From: Candidatus Latescibacterota bacterium
GTDB taxonomy: Bacteria > Latescibacterota > CBDEFO01
DNA: 64,000 nt
Direction: 5' to 3'
Assembly: GCA_965248755.1 (NCBI GenBank)
Contig: OZ252149.1
Location: 352,001-416,000 of the forward strand
How positions within the stretch are numbered: the stretch's first letter is position 1; every line of letters starts with the position of its first letter. A program made the translations under genes and the position numbers. Below, piece after piece: positions 1 to 10,605 of this stretch. Below the pieces are notes generated by a model. It was not told the origin of the DNA, made no database searches, and saw nothing but the letters and a program-made list of their open reading frames with translations.

Positions 1-1
1 T

Positions 2-415
2 TTTCTGGCCGTCGTAGCCATAGGCTTCTTCGGCCTTTTGAAGATTCCGACGGTAAGCGCAGCAGGACAGACCGTCTGGCAGCCTGCGGGGATAGTGCTT
101 CTACTGCTCTTTGGGACAACGAATCAGCTACTTGCGGGCTTAGGTCTCCTTACGGTAAGCGTCTATCTTTTCAAATCCCGCAAACCCCAACTTTCGACTG
201 TCCTGCCGATGGTCTTTATGCTGATCGTGACAGTATATGCGATGACCCTGAACATAATCAAGACAGGCAGAGCTGAACAGTGGATTCCAACTGCCTTAGG
301 AACCGTAATATTAGCCTTAGCAATATGGCTGGTCATAGAAGGGCTGATCGCCTACAGGTCCTACTCCGCAGCCAGAGCAAAGGAGACTGAAGGCGTCGTG
401 GAAGCGGCCAGTTAA
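2..415 (+). CDS. cstA: Carbon starvation protein A (CstA) family peptide/pyruvate transporter, 3' end (5'-truncated by window edge)
   Basis: Frame is open from base 2; LFGTTNQLLA motif and hydrophobic C-terminal helices typical of CstA. Confidence 0.8.
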   Translation, partial: FLAVVAIGFFGLLKIPTVSAAGQTVWQPAGIVLLLLFGTTNQLLAGLGLLTVSVYLFKSRKPQLSTVLPMVFMLIVTVYAMTLNIIKTGRAEQWIPTALGTVILALAIWLVIEGLIAYRSYSAARAKETEGVVEAAS

Positions 416-668
416 GCGTTTGCATACACTCTCCTGTAGCATGTGAGTATTAGCATATGACACCGGCTTTAATGGCTCAGTCAAAATTGACTGGGCCTTT
501 TTACTTGGGATCCATAAAACTCTTGGATTACAGGACAGGATGTGATATATTAAGTAGCTTGACAAAACTTATCGCATATAAGTAGACAAGGGCCTCTCTT
601 GAGTCCCCGAGTCCCTGGCAATGACCGAAGGACGAAGCCAAGCAATGTAATGACGAGCACATCCCAGT

Positions 669-727
669 GTCGTTGCGAGCGACACCCGATTGAATCTATC
701 GGGGGGAAGCAATCTCACATAGATTGC
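669..727. repeat. Composite palindromic REP-like element (GTCGTTGCGAG...CCCGATTGAATCTATCGGG...GAAGCAATCT)
   Basis: Hairpin cccgat-N7-atcggg at 685-703 and gcaatct/agattgc at 709-727; related copies elsewhere in the window. Confidence 0.6.
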
Positions 728-856
728 CTCTCTCTTTATGCCTATTACTATTTTGGATCTCTATAATCTTGTCCAGATTATTTTGACCCCATACTTAATT
801 GCAAGGAAGTAGGGCGAGGTTACCTCACCCTATATTCGAGGGAAATCACAAAACTT

Positions 857-2170
857 ATGGGAGCTAAATCAACAGAGTACAAATTCGACACAAGGGGCGA
901 GCTGTCCTACGACGATATATTAGAGTGCGTTCACTGCGGGCTGTGCCTTTCCGACTGCCCCACGTATAGAATCCTGGGAAATGAGATGGACTCTCCGAGA
1001 GGGAGGTTATATCTCATAAAAGCCATGGCCGAGGACAAACTCCCCATTACCGAAAGACTGGACGAACATATCTATCTGTGTCTGGAATGCAGAGCGTGCG
1101 AGACAGCCTGTCCCTCAGGTGTGCACTTTGGAAGAGTTATGGAAAGTGCGAGGGATCAGCTTGAGCAGAGGAGACAAAGAGGTCTGATAAGCCGCACAGT
1201 AAGATATATAGGATTTCACAAACTGCTTCCCTCAAAAAAGATGATGTCCCTTTTGGGATTCGCGTTGAGATTGTATAAGATTTCGGGAATTCAGGCTTTA
1301 GTAAGGACTTCAGGACTGTTGAAGATACTCCCGGGGAATCTAGAGGTGCTTGAGAGCCTAACTCCAGATGTCTCAAAACTCAGGATGCAGCGTCCATTAC
1401 ACGAAGTCACAGGAGCCGTAAGTGAAAAGAAATGTAGAGTGGGCTTTCTATCAGGATGCATGATGGGCATCGTATTTGGAGAAGTAAACAGAACCTGTGT
1501 AAGGGTCCTTGCCGAAAACGGATGCGAAGTAATAGCTCCAAGAGATCAGACCTGCTGCGGCGCTCTGCACGCTCACAACGGTGAAAGAGAGAAAGCCAAA
1601 CAGTTAGCAACGCATAATATCGATGTCTTTGAAAAATTGGACGTGGAAGCGATTGTAGTCAACGCCGCAGGCTGTGGAGCGACTATGAAAGAGTACGGCG
1701 AACTTCTGAAGAACGATCCAGTTTATGCAGAGAGAGCTGAAGAGTTTAGTCGTAAGGTAAAGGACATATCGGAGTTTCTGTGCGAAATATCCTTCCGGCC
1801 GCCCGGAGGAGAGATCAAATCCAGAGTAGCCTATGACGAGCCGTGCCACCTACTTCACGGACAGGGGGTATCAGATCAACCCAAGGAACTTTTGAAGTCA
1901 ATTCCCGGTCTTGAGTTGGTCAGACTAAAGGAAGCCGATTGGTGCTGTGGCAGCGCAGGCATCTACAATATCTCAAATTGCGATGTCTCGATGGAAATTT
2001 TGGAAAGGAAAATAGCTAACATAGCCGCATCGGGAGCCGAGACAGTGGCCACCGGAAACCCAGGCTGCATGATTCAGATTAAGTACGGTCTTAAGAGAGC
2101 TAATCTCAACGTAGAGGTCGTTCATCCTGTAGAGCTTCTGGATAGAGCCTACAGCAATAGTAACACCTGA
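857..2170 (+). CDS. glcF: Glycolate oxidase iron-sulfur subunit (GlcF family, 2x[4Fe-4S] plus two CCG domains)
   Basis: CVHCGLCLSDCPTY, SPRGR, CLECRACETACPSGV, CCGA, PCHL, CCGSAG, NPGC motifs. Confidence 0.9.
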   Translation: MGAKSTEYKFDTRGELSYDDILECVHCGLCLSDCPTYRILGNEMDSPRGRLYLIKAMAEDKLPITERLDEHIYLCLECRACETACPSGVHFGRVMESARDQLEQRRQRGLISRTVRYIGFHKLLPSKKMMSLLGFALRLYKISGIQALVRTSGLLKILPGNLEVLESLTPDVSKLRMQRPLHEVTGAVSEKKCRVGFLSGCMMGIVFGEVNRTCVRVLAENGCEVIAPRDQTCCGALHAHNGEREKAKQLATHNIDVFEKLDVEAIVVNAAGCGATMKEYGELLKNDPVYAERAEEFSRKVKDISEFLCEISFRPPGGEIKSRVAYDEPCHLLHGQGVSDQPKELLKSIPGLELVRLKEADWCCGSAGIYNISNCDVSMEILERKIANIAASGAETVATGNPGCMIQIKYGLKRANLNVEVVHPVELLDRAYSNSNT

Positions 2171-2188
2171 CCTTTCAGGAGGCCCGCC

Positions 2189-3610
2189 ATACCCCGCCGC
2201 CGCAACGATCCCTGTCCCTGCGGCAGCGGAAAGAAATACAAGAAATGCTGTATGCTCAAGGAAAAGACATCAACTATAGTCCTCACCCATCATCTTCTCC
2301 GAAAGACTGCTGACCAAGTTCCAGACCTCCTTCTTGGCTACGCCAAAAAGATTTATGGTGAAGAAGCTATCTTTGAAGCCTGGGACGACTTCTGGATAAC
2401 GGAAATGGAACCAAAAGAGGATATTTCTAACAGCCCCTACCTTCAGTTGTTCACTCCTTGGTTTATGTACCACTGGTATCCTGGTGATGAGGAACAATAT
2501 AATCCTGACCTTCAATTTCCGTGCGAACACACGACCGTAGCCCAGTCTCTGCAGAAGAGGGGATGGAAACTAGATTCCTTCACAAAGAGGTATTTGGAAA
2601 ACGCACAAAGAGAGCCCTTGAGCTTTTGGCAGGTAGAAACACTTGACCCAGGGAAAGGGATACTGCTTAAGGACCTTGCTGTGGAGCGTGAGCATTTTGT
2701 CCGTGAAGTTTCTGGTTCCAAGACTCTCAAGAAGTGGGACATTATACTGGGACAGGTAGTTGGCTTGGATGGAGAATATACTTTGAGTGCAACTGGACCT
2801 TATTCGCTGACACCATCGAGGTTCAGAGAGTATATCACAGGATTCATCAACACAATTAGAACAAATCGTTCTTTTGCTGCTGTTGATCTGCTGGAATATG
2901 ACATCGACTTTCTAGCGCGCTATCACGAATGTGTTGAAGAAATTCTCAACCCGACTCTTCCAGAAATCAGAAATACCGATGGGGACAAATTAGTCTTCAC
3001 AACATCTAGATACACCTTTAAGCCTACTAACAGGGAAGACATAATACTGAAACTGAAATCAATGAGAAATATCGAGTATTATGGTGACAAGGAAGATGAG
3101 TCGGAATTTGCGTGGACTATTGAAAATAAGAAGAAGGCTATGATGCAGAGTGTAACCAAAGGAAACATTAAGGTTGGCTTAGACCATATACTTACTGACT
3201 GCAACAGCAAACCTCGTGATAAATACTTGAGAAACCGATTGGTGAAGAACCTTGGAGATTTAATTGAGCATATAGATACAACACACAAGCCATATGATTC
3301 CGATGAGCTTCCTGATGCATTGCCAGAAGCATCAGGAGAATCAAGCGCTCTCGACTTGGATATGCTACCAGAGGATGCCAGACGACAGATAGTAGAGTAT
3401 CTGGAGCAAGAGTATATGAACTGGACAGATCAAAGAATCCCTGCCTTACAAGACAAGACTCTGAGGGAAGCAGTAAAGACTCCTAAAGGCAGGGAGAAAG
3501 TGGTTGCTCTCATCAACGATAGGGAGAACTCTCAGCTCAGGACGCCAAACTCGCAGTTTGAATTTGATTTCAACAAATTAAGGGTAGAATTGGGGTTAGA
3601 AGTGGAGTAG
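2189..3610 (+). CDS. SEC-C (Zn-binding) motif domain protein; real N-terminus lies upstream of the ATG at 2252
   Basis: In-frame upstream of 2252 reads RNDPCPCGSGKKYKKCC; AGGAGG at 2177-2182 followed 6 nt later by ATA at 2189; C-terminal W.D..IPAL...T..EA motif typical of these proteins. Confidence 0.7.
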   Translation: MPRRRNDPCPCGSGKKYKKCCMLKEKTSTIVLTHHLLRKTADQVPDLLLGYAKKIYGEEAIFEAWDDFWITEMEPKEDISNSPYLQLFTPWFMYHWYPGDEEQYNPDLQFPCEHTTVAQSLQKRGWKLDSFTKRYLENAQREPLSFWQVETLDPGKGILLKDLAVEREHFVREVSGSKTLKKWDIILGQVVGLDGEYTLSATGPYSLTPSRFREYITGFINTIRTNRSFAAVDLLEYDIDFLARYHECVEEILNPTLPEIRNTDGDKLVFTTSRYTFKPTNREDIILKLKSMRNIEYYGDKEDESEFAWTIENKKKAMMQSVTKGNIKVGLDHILTDCNSKPRDKYLRNRLVKNLGDLIEHIDTTHKPYDSDELPDALPEASGESSALDLDMLPEDARRQIVEYLEQEYMNWTDQRIPALQDKTLREAVKTPKGREKVVALINDRENSQLRTPNSQFEFDFNKLRVELGLEVE

Positions 3611-3675
3611 GATAAAACTGGAAACGAACTCTAACTTGAGCGATCTAACAACAGTGAAAAATAGAACTTCGCGCT

Positions 3676-5043
3676 ATGCCTGACCACGACCGATTGACAA
3701 GGAAAATGGAGGATATAGTCGGCTCTTCCAACGTCGCTCCTCCGTCCAAATTGGCACTTTACGCAGTGGACGGTATGTCTCCCCAAATAACCGTCTTCCC
3801 CGAAACGGTAGAACAAATATCAGACATTATGAAAATCGCATCCTGTGAGGACATGTCCGTCTTCCCGAGAGGCGGCGGAACAAAGATGCATCTGGGTGCT
3901 CCTCCACAGAGGATAGACATAGTACTTTCGACATTACGCTTGAACAGGATCATATTTCACGAAGTGGCAGACCTCGTGGCATCGGTTCAGGCTGGGATCG
4001 TGATGGATGATTTGCAAGCTCAGTTGAAAGAGAAGGGACAGTGCATACCCCTAGACCCTCCTTATTGCTCCAAAGCCACAATAGGAGGCATCATAGCGTC
4101 CAATTCGAGCGGACCCAAGAGGCTTTTGTACGGAACAGCACGCGATTTAGTGATAGGGACAAAAGTAGTGAGGGCCAATGGAGACATAGTAAATGCGGGG
4201 AGCAGGGTCGTCAAGAACGTAACTGGCTACGATCTTAACAAGCTTTATATAAGCTCTCGGGGAACGTTAGGAATTATAGTCGAGTTAAACTTCAAGCTCT
4301 ATCCCTTGCCGGAGTCAGAAGGATCGCTTATTGCCGGCTTTTCATCTATCGAGCCTGCGCTGAAATCCGCCTCCGAAATCCTATCATCACAACTAATTCC
4401 CAGCGCTATAGAACTTCTAAATTCCGCAGCATCTTCCGGCGTGTCAGAGCAGGCGGATATATCCATAAAAAAGGGCAACTTCCGCACGGAATCGAGGTTC
4501 GACCTCGTGGCCTCAGTTGAAGGGCTAAAAGAGGCTGTGCAAAGACAATTATCGGACATCAGCAAGATAATAGAGACCAAAGATCCGCTCCATATAGAAT
4601 GCATCGAAGGTAGTGAACATGAAAAGCTGTGGGACAGCGTGAGAAATTTCGGGAGGAAAGCAGAAGCAGAAATACCCATAATCTGCAAGGCGTCTGTTCT
4701 ACCTTCACACGTAGGCGATATATTAAGGGCCTCTGAAGATATATCCGAAAGATACGACACAGATATTCCGGCGATTAGCCATGCGGGTTCTGGCGTACTC
4801 TACATCTATCTTTCGGAATTAAGCGCGGAAACTGATGTGGTCGTTGAAGCCATAGTTGAGCTCAGGAGAAGGGCTTCCGATTCAGGAGGGAGTTTAGTAG
4901 TAGAATCTGCTCCTACACAGATAAAGGAAAAGATAGACGTATGGGGAAAAATGGGAGAAAACCTGGACCTTATGAAACTCATTAAGACCAAGTTTGACTC
5001 CAAGGGAATATTGAGTCCCGGAAGATTTGTGGGAGGGATATGA
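3676..5043 (+). CDS. glcE: FAD-binding oxidoreductase, glycolate oxidase subunit GlcE-like
   Basis: PRGGGT, ATIGG, VVKNVTGYDL, C-terminal FDSKGILSPGRF; near glcF. Confidence 0.8.
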   Translation: MPDHDRLTRKMEDIVGSSNVAPPSKLALYAVDGMSPQITVFPETVEQISDIMKIASCEDMSVFPRGGGTKMHLGAPPQRIDIVLSTLRLNRIIFHEVADLVASVQAGIVMDDLQAQLKEKGQCIPLDPPYCSKATIGGIIASNSSGPKRLLYGTARDLVIGTKVVRANGDIVNAGSRVVKNVTGYDLNKLYISSRGTLGIIVELNFKLYPLPESEGSLIAGFSSIEPALKSASEILSSQLIPSAIELLNSAASSGVSEQADISIKKGNFRTESRFDLVASVEGLKEAVQRQLSDISKIIETKDPLHIECIEGSEHEKLWDSVRNFGRKAEAEIPIICKASVLPSHVGDILRASEDISERYDTDIPAISHAGSGVLYIYLSELSAETDVVVEAIVELRRRASDSGGSLVVESAPTQIKEKIDVWGKMGENLDLMKLIKTKFDSKGILSPGRFVGGI

Positions 5044-5133
5044 TCTCATCTGGGTACCGTGAATGAAAAGACTTTTTAACAACTCCCCCGTTCTCAGTTA
5101 ATCGCCTCGCTTCATAAAAGGAATACAGTTAGA

Positions 5134-6273
5134 ATGTGTCAAAACGTTCACATTGGATTTAATTCAATAGAGAACTTGGGTGCAGAATTAGCTGGATTCA
5201 AACCTACCATAATACTTTTGGTTAGAGATAGAGTAGCTTATGAGATATCTGGTGCCAAAAGAGTATTAGACCCAGTATTGGAAAATTGTAGTATAGCAGA
5301 GTTTTACGATTTTGAACTATATCCTAAACTTCCCGATATTGAAAGAGGAATCAGTCTTTTTGGTGAAAATGATCCAGACCTGGTCATTGCCGTTGGCGGG
5401 GGAAGTGTTATCGATACGACAAAGTCTATTGCTATTCTTGCTAATCACTCAGGGTCCGCTGAACAATGCGTAAAAGGAGAACACTCCCTTTCAGATAGAA
5501 TCACACCATTAATAGCAATCCCCACTACAGCCGGCACAGGTTCGGAAGCAACACATTTTGCTGTAGTTTACAATGAGGGAGAAAAATATTCACTAGCCCA
5601 CCCAACTATTTTGCCAGACGTAGCTATTGTTGATCCTCAATTTACAAGGAGCTTGCCACCCTATCACACTGCATCTACAGGAATGGACGCATTGGCGCAA
5701 GCAATTGAATCCTATTGGTCAATTCATTCGACTTCAGAATCGAAGCGATACGCAGCTGCAGCAATTACTCTGATCATGACCAATCTTGAGACGGCTGTAA
5801 ATCATCCAGATGATACTTCAAGAGAATCTATGGCAATGGCTGCGCATTTAGCAGGTAAAGCAATTAATATCGCCAAGACTACCGCACCCCACGCAGTATC
5901 ATATCCAATGACCTCTTATTTTGACCTCTCACATGGCCACGCAGTGGGGTTAACTCTTGCTCGAATGATGGAATATAATACAGGTGTTACTCAAGACGAT
6001 CTGTTAGATAAAAGAGGAGTTGCTTATGTCCAGAAAACTCTTCAAGAGGTCGTCCAATTAACCGGTGCTAAATACCTCGGCGAAGCAGCAGGCAAAATTG
6101 ATGGTTTGATGACCTCAATTGGGCTAAGCACAAGATTGCATGAGCTAAGAATTACAAGAGAAGAGGACTTTGAGCTAATAGTTAAACATGGTTTTAATTC
6201 TCAGAGAGTAAGAAACAATCCAAGAGAATTAACAGAAAGTGCTTTACGCCGCATATTAGGTCAGATCAGATGA
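5134..6273 (+). CDS. Iron-containing alcohol dehydrogenase, phosphonoacetaldehyde reductase (PhpC-like) subfamily
   Basis: GGGSVID, IPTTAGTGSEAT, GKAINIAKTTAPHA.SYP, HGHAV, R..NNP motifs; overlaps the phosphonatase start (ATGA). Confidence 0.8.
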   Translation: MCQNVHIGFNSIENLGAELAGFKPTIILLVRDRVAYEISGAKRVLDPVLENCSIAEFYDFELYPKLPDIERGISLFGENDPDLVIAVGGGSVIDTTKSIAILANHSGSAEQCVKGEHSLSDRITPLIAIPTTAGTGSEATHFAVVYNEGEKYSLAHPTILPDVAIVDPQFTRSLPPYHTASTGMDALAQAIESYWSIHSTSESKRYAAAAITLIMTNLETAVNHPDDTSRESMAMAAHLAGKAINIAKTTAPHAVSYPMTSYFDLSHGHAVGLTLARMMEYNTGVTQDDLLDKRGVAYVQKTLQEVVQLTGAKYLGEAAGKIDGLMTSIGLSTRLHELRITREEDFELIVKHGFNSQRVRNNPRELTESALRRILGQIR

Positions 6274-6715
6274 AAGCTGTGTACGAATTATTAGACAAAC
6301 CGATGTTACTAATAGCAGATGGAGCGGGAACACTATTTGATTCGGGAGGTGTTATTCCGGCATATGCTTTTCAAGCCGCATTTGCTGCTATGGGATTGGA
6401 CCTAGATACTGATACAATCATGAAATATATGGGTAGGCAAAAACAAGAACATATTTCACTTCTGCTGAATGAGCCGGAACTTTTAGCTCAGTTTAAGACC
6501 AAGAATAATAGAAGCCCAGATGAGAGTGACGTTCAAACGCTCTATGCTGCCTTTAGAGAACTATTGTATCCTTCAGCTACAAAAACAGAAGAGATTGACG
6601 GTGTTAAGGATGCTGCCTATGGGCTTAGGGAAACAGGAATTCCCATTATTATGACTACTGGTTATGACAGGCGAATGGTTGAAGAAACCAGACGTACACT
6701 TCCCTGGCTTGACGA

Positions 6716-8062
6716 GGGTGTGTAAGGAAATTTGTGTAAATGGGGAAATGAGTTATATTAGTTGTCCACCATTTACATAAGGAGTTCTTACATGGACAAG
6801 CTAGACCCGAAGTTGATTGATGAGCTTTTGAAGGACTACAAGAAGCCGGAAGACATAATTGGTGAGGAAGGTCTTTTGAAGCAGTTGACGAAGGCGATTC
6901 TTGAGCGGGCTCTGGAGTCAGAGCTTACGTATGAGTTAGGCTACGATAAGAGTTCTCCAGAAGGGAGGAACAGCGGTAATTCGCGCAACGGTAGGAGCAC
7001 AAAGGGATTGAAGACAGATTATGGTGATCTGGAGATATCGGTGCCACGGGATCGGAACAGTCAGTTTGATCCGCAGATAGTGAGGAAGGGGCAGAGGCGA
7101 TTTACAGGCTTTGATGATAAGATACTGTCTATGTATGCCCGAGGGATGACCACACGTGATATACAGGCTCATTTGGAGGAGATATACGGTGTAGAGGTGT
7201 CCCCTGATTTGATATCGACTGTGACCGATGGGATCATATCAGAGGTGAAGCAGTGGCAGGATCGTCCTTTGGAAGGGGTGTATCCCATAGTATTCTTTGA
7301 TTCTCTGGTGATGAAGATTAGAGACGAAGGCCGGATCGTAAACAAGGCGGTGTATCTTGCGGTAGGGGTCGGTCTGGATGGGATGAAAGACGTTTTGGGT
7401 ATCTGGATTGCAAAGAGCGAGGGGGCGAAGTTCTGGCTGCAAGTTTTCACGGAGCTTAAGAATCGGGGGATGAACGATGTGTTGATAGCTTGCGTGGATG
7501 GTCTCCAGGGTCTTCCAGAGGCTATTGAATCCGTATTTCCCCAAGCAGAGGTCCAGCTCTGTATTGTCCATGTGGTGAGGAATTCCTTGAAGTTCGTGTC
7601 GTATAGGGATCGTAAGAAGATTGCCGCCGACCTCAAGAATATATACCGAGCCCCCACGGTAGAACAGGCTGAAGAGGCCCTTGGAGATTTTCAGGAGGCT
7701 TGGGACAGCCGTTATCCGATGATAAGTAAATCGTGGCAGAATAACTGGTCTCGGATCATCCTGTTTTTCGCCTACTCTGAAGAGATCCGAAGGGTGATCT
7801 ATACCACAAACGCCATCGAATCGCTTAATAACTCTCTACGGAAAGTAATAAAGAACAGAAATAGCTTCCCAAACGACGAGACAGCGATTAAGTTACTCTA
7901 TATGACACTCAAGAATATCAAGAAAAAATGGACGATGCCGATCAGGAACTGGAGCTTGGCCATTCACCAATTCTCCATCCACTTCGAGGGGAGATTTGGT
8001 ATAGAATAAGCCGAAAAGGGTACAGAAGAAAATCCCATTTACACAAAAAAACTGACAGACCC
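6716..8062 (+). mobile_element. IS256-family insertion sequence (1347 bp)
   Basis: 29-bp imperfect terminal IRs (6716-6744 / 8034-8062, 23/29 match) flanked by 8-bp TSD CTTGACGA (6708-6715, 8063-8070). Confidence 0.95.
6792..8009 (+). CDS. IS256-family (Mutator-like) DDE transposase
   Basis: VPRDR, YARGMTTRDI, CVDGLQG, QLCIVH, IYTTNAIES motifs; AAGGAG RBS before ATG 6792. Confidence 0.95.
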   Translation: MDKLDPKLIDELLKDYKKPEDIIGEEGLLKQLTKAILERALESELTYELGYDKSSPEGRNSGNSRNGRSTKGLKTDYGDLEISVPRDRNSQFDPQIVRKGQRRFTGFDDKILSMYARGMTTRDIQAHLEEIYGVEVSPDLISTVTDGIISEVKQWQDRPLEGVYPIVFFDSLVMKIRDEGRIVNKAVYLAVGVGLDGMKDVLGIWIAKSEGAKFWLQVFTELKNRGMNDVLIACVDGLQGLPEAIESVFPQAEVQLCIVHVVRNSLKFVSYRDRKKIAADLKNIYRAPTVEQAEEALGDFQEAWDSRYPMISKSWQNNWSRIILFFAYSEEIRRVIYTTNAIESLNNSLRKVIKNRNSFPNDETAIKLLYMTLKNIKKKWTMPIRNWSLAIHQFSIHFEGRFGIE

Positions 8063-8799
8063 CTTGACGATGTCTTAACAGGTTCTGTGACCAGTTCCGA
8101 TGTCAAGAAAGGTAGACCAGCGCCATTTATGATTTATCGTGCGCTCGAACTTGCGGAAGTTGACAATCCTGCTTACGGAGTAAAAGTTGGAGATACAAAA
8201 GTAGATATGGAAGCGGCGGATAATGCACACATGCCGGGTGTATTAGTTACCACCGGCACTCTTCCAGATAAAGAAGCGGCCGAGGCAGTAAACGAACAGA
8301 TTGGAAGAGAACATCTTATAGTTGCCAGTTTAGTAAACGTAATTGAATTTACACTTGATGAAACATTATCTGACCGAATAAGAACGCAGAACAGATAGTC
8401 AACACGATGCTTTATATTAGTTCATCTCTGCTTACAGATTCACTGACGGTACAAGAAAGGCCGATATGGGGAATCTGATTACTGATTACGCATACAGAAA
8501 CCAAAAAGGGAGGTTCTCCTCCCAGATCCAAAGAAGGAACGTACAGGTGACCGGTAAATGCTGACGATTAGGAAGTGAACACCTATTTGTCCGTAAAAGA
8601 CGAAAAATGCTTCAAATCCCCTAGCTCACATCCTGGCGGATTTCAAGCGAAGGATGAGGGCCTCTGGAGAACTGACCAGGGCACAGATCGAGTCCAAAAG
8701 GTAAGCGACGAGGGCAGTTCCCTACTTCTGAACCTTCAGACCGAATCCTACTGACCCGGCGGCATAACTTTTTCGGGCGACGACGGTGGATTTCCTCCA

Positions 8800-9161
8800 C
8801 ACTCGACCGGAGGATACTCAAAGTCTCACCTTATACGGCTCCACAATCAGGTCCTTTCCATCTGCCGAGCCCACGAGCAGGGGATCACACGGATTCAATG
8901 GAAAGAGGGGAAGCTCGGGGTCTCAAATCCGCCCTCTGCCACGATCTATCAACTCGACCCGGAAAACCTGTCGGTCCTCCAGTCATTCCCCGCGCCCGGA
9001 GGCAGACCTCACGGTATAACTTGGGAATCCGATTTCCTCTGGTGCGTTGAGACAAACCGTAGAGCCATATACGAATCCGACCTTCGAATCGGAGAGATCG
9101 TGGATGAAGTACAACTTAATGAATCAGACCCCGAATCATACAGACCGGCCATAAAAGACTG
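8800..9161 (+). pseudogene. Degraded beta-propeller repeat protein fragment (Vgb/glutaminyl-cyclase-like)
   Basis: Manual translation IYQLDPENLSVLQSFPAPGGRPHGITWESDFLWCVETNRRAIY; no intact start, broken frames. Confidence 0.4.
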
Positions 9162-9308
9162 AGACTTCTGGCTCTGCGGCGCAGAAACTGCAACGCTTTG
9201 CAGGATAATCCGCCTATAAAACAAGTAAACAGTAGCTCCAGATATACTTAATCGGGGGATAGACAGGGCGACTCCTCTCAGCCCTGTCAGAAAAAAGGAA
9301 GGGAAAGG

Positions 9309-10544
9309 ATGCCCAAGTTAGCCGTCAACGGAGGAGAGAAAGTCCGCGTGAAACCTTTTACAGGCTGGCCAGTGCACGGCGAAAGAGAAAAAGAACTCGT
9401 AAACGAGGTACTCAGTAGTGGAAAATGGTGGTACGGAGAGAAAGTTCACGAGTTCGAGGAGAAATACGCAGCTTACCACGATGCAAGATTTGGCATCACC
9501 ACCACGAGTGGCACAACGGCCTTAGAGACTGCCATCCTATCTTTGAGAATCGGTGCGGGAGACGAAGTCATAGTCCCCGCCTACACATTTATGGCTACCG
9601 CAAGTTCAGTGTTAAAGATGAACGCCGTCCCCATCTTTGTTGACATAGAAATTGACACATGGAATATAGATCCCCAAAAGATAGAAGACGCCATAACCGA
9701 AAGGACCAAAGCCATCCTCCCCGTCCACTTTTCCGGACTCCCCGCCAATATGGATGAGATCAAGGAGATCGCCAAAAAACACAATCTCGGCGTAATAGAG
9801 GATGCTGCTCAAGCCTGGGGAAGCATATGGAACGGCACGAAAGTCGGAGCTATCGGAGATGTGGGCTGTTTCAGCTTCCAGATGAGCAAGAACATAACCG
9901 CAGGAGAAGGCGGCATACTCCTCACCAATAACGAAGAAATTGCAGATCAGGCTCGATCCTTCATCAACTGCGGCAGGGGTAAGGACAAGCCCTGGTACGA
10001 ACACTACATCCTTGGCACAAACTACAGAATGACTGAAATTCAGGGCGCCATTCTCCTTGCGCAGCTTGAACGATTCGAGCAACACAGCCACCTCAGAGAG
10101 AAAAACGCAGCCATACTCACGGAAGGATTCTCACAAATAGACGGAATTACGCCGGCAAAGAGAGACCCTCGCGTCGGCAGAAGCTCAAACCACCTCTACC
10201 TGATCAGATATGACCAGGATAAATTCGAGGGACTCCCAAGGGAACGCTTCGTAGAATCCGTTAACGCTGAAGGAGTACCCTTCGGAACGGGTTATGACAT
10301 ACCTCTCTACAAGCATCCAATCTTCCAGAATATGGGAGAAGGACCCAAATACCGTCCCGTATCGCGTTCCTACTACGCAGTGGAAATAGACTACACAAAA
10401 GTCTATCTTCCCAACTGCGAGAGAATCTGCAAGGAGACAGTGGGCTGGCTTAAACACAGCGTTCTTTTGGGAACAGAGGAAGATATGAAAGACATACTAA
10501 GAGCCGTCGAAAAAGTAAAGGAAAATGTGGATGAACTGCTGTAG
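9309..10544 (+). CDS. DegT/DnrJ/EryC1/StrS PLP aminotransferase (AHBA-synthase/RifK-like subgroup)
   Basis: LAVNGG start, IEDAAQA, FSFQMSKNITAGEGG (PLP Lys), NYRMTEIQ. Confidence 0.9.
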   Translation: MPKLAVNGGEKVRVKPFTGWPVHGEREKELVNEVLSSGKWWYGEKVHEFEEKYAAYHDARFGITTTSGTTALETAILSLRIGAGDEVIVPAYTFMATASSVLKMNAVPIFVDIEIDTWNIDPQKIEDAITERTKAILPVHFSGLPANMDEIKEIAKKHNLGVIEDAAQAWGSIWNGTKVGAIGDVGCFSFQMSKNITAGEGGILLTNNEEIADQARSFINCGRGKDKPWYEHYILGTNYRMTEIQGAILLAQLERFEQHSHLREKNAAILTEGFSQIDGITPAKRDPRVGRSSNHLYLIRYDQDKFEGLPRERFVESVNAEGVPFGTGYDIPLYKHPIFQNMGEGPKYRPVSRSYYAVEIDYTKVYLPNCERICKETVGWLKHSVLLGTEEDMKDILRAVEKVKENVDELL

Positions 10545-10605
10545 CGGCGTCAGATTATTACAGTAATTCCGTGAAGACGATTGAAGTTATAGCAAGGAAA
10601 ACCTA

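Larger units (their letters stand above)
6270..8398 (+). pseudogene. phnX: Phosphonoacetaldehyde hydrolase (phosphonatase, HAD) interrupted by IS256
   Basis: Joining 6270-6715 to 8071-8398 gives an intact 257-aa ORF with DGAGTLFD, MGRQKQEH (Schiff-base Lys region), GRPAPFMI and KVGDT motifs. Confidence 0.8.

Noticed and set aside
7928..8062. N-terminus of ORF 7928-8398
   Set aside because: Derived from the IS256 right end; the remainder is the 3' half of phnX
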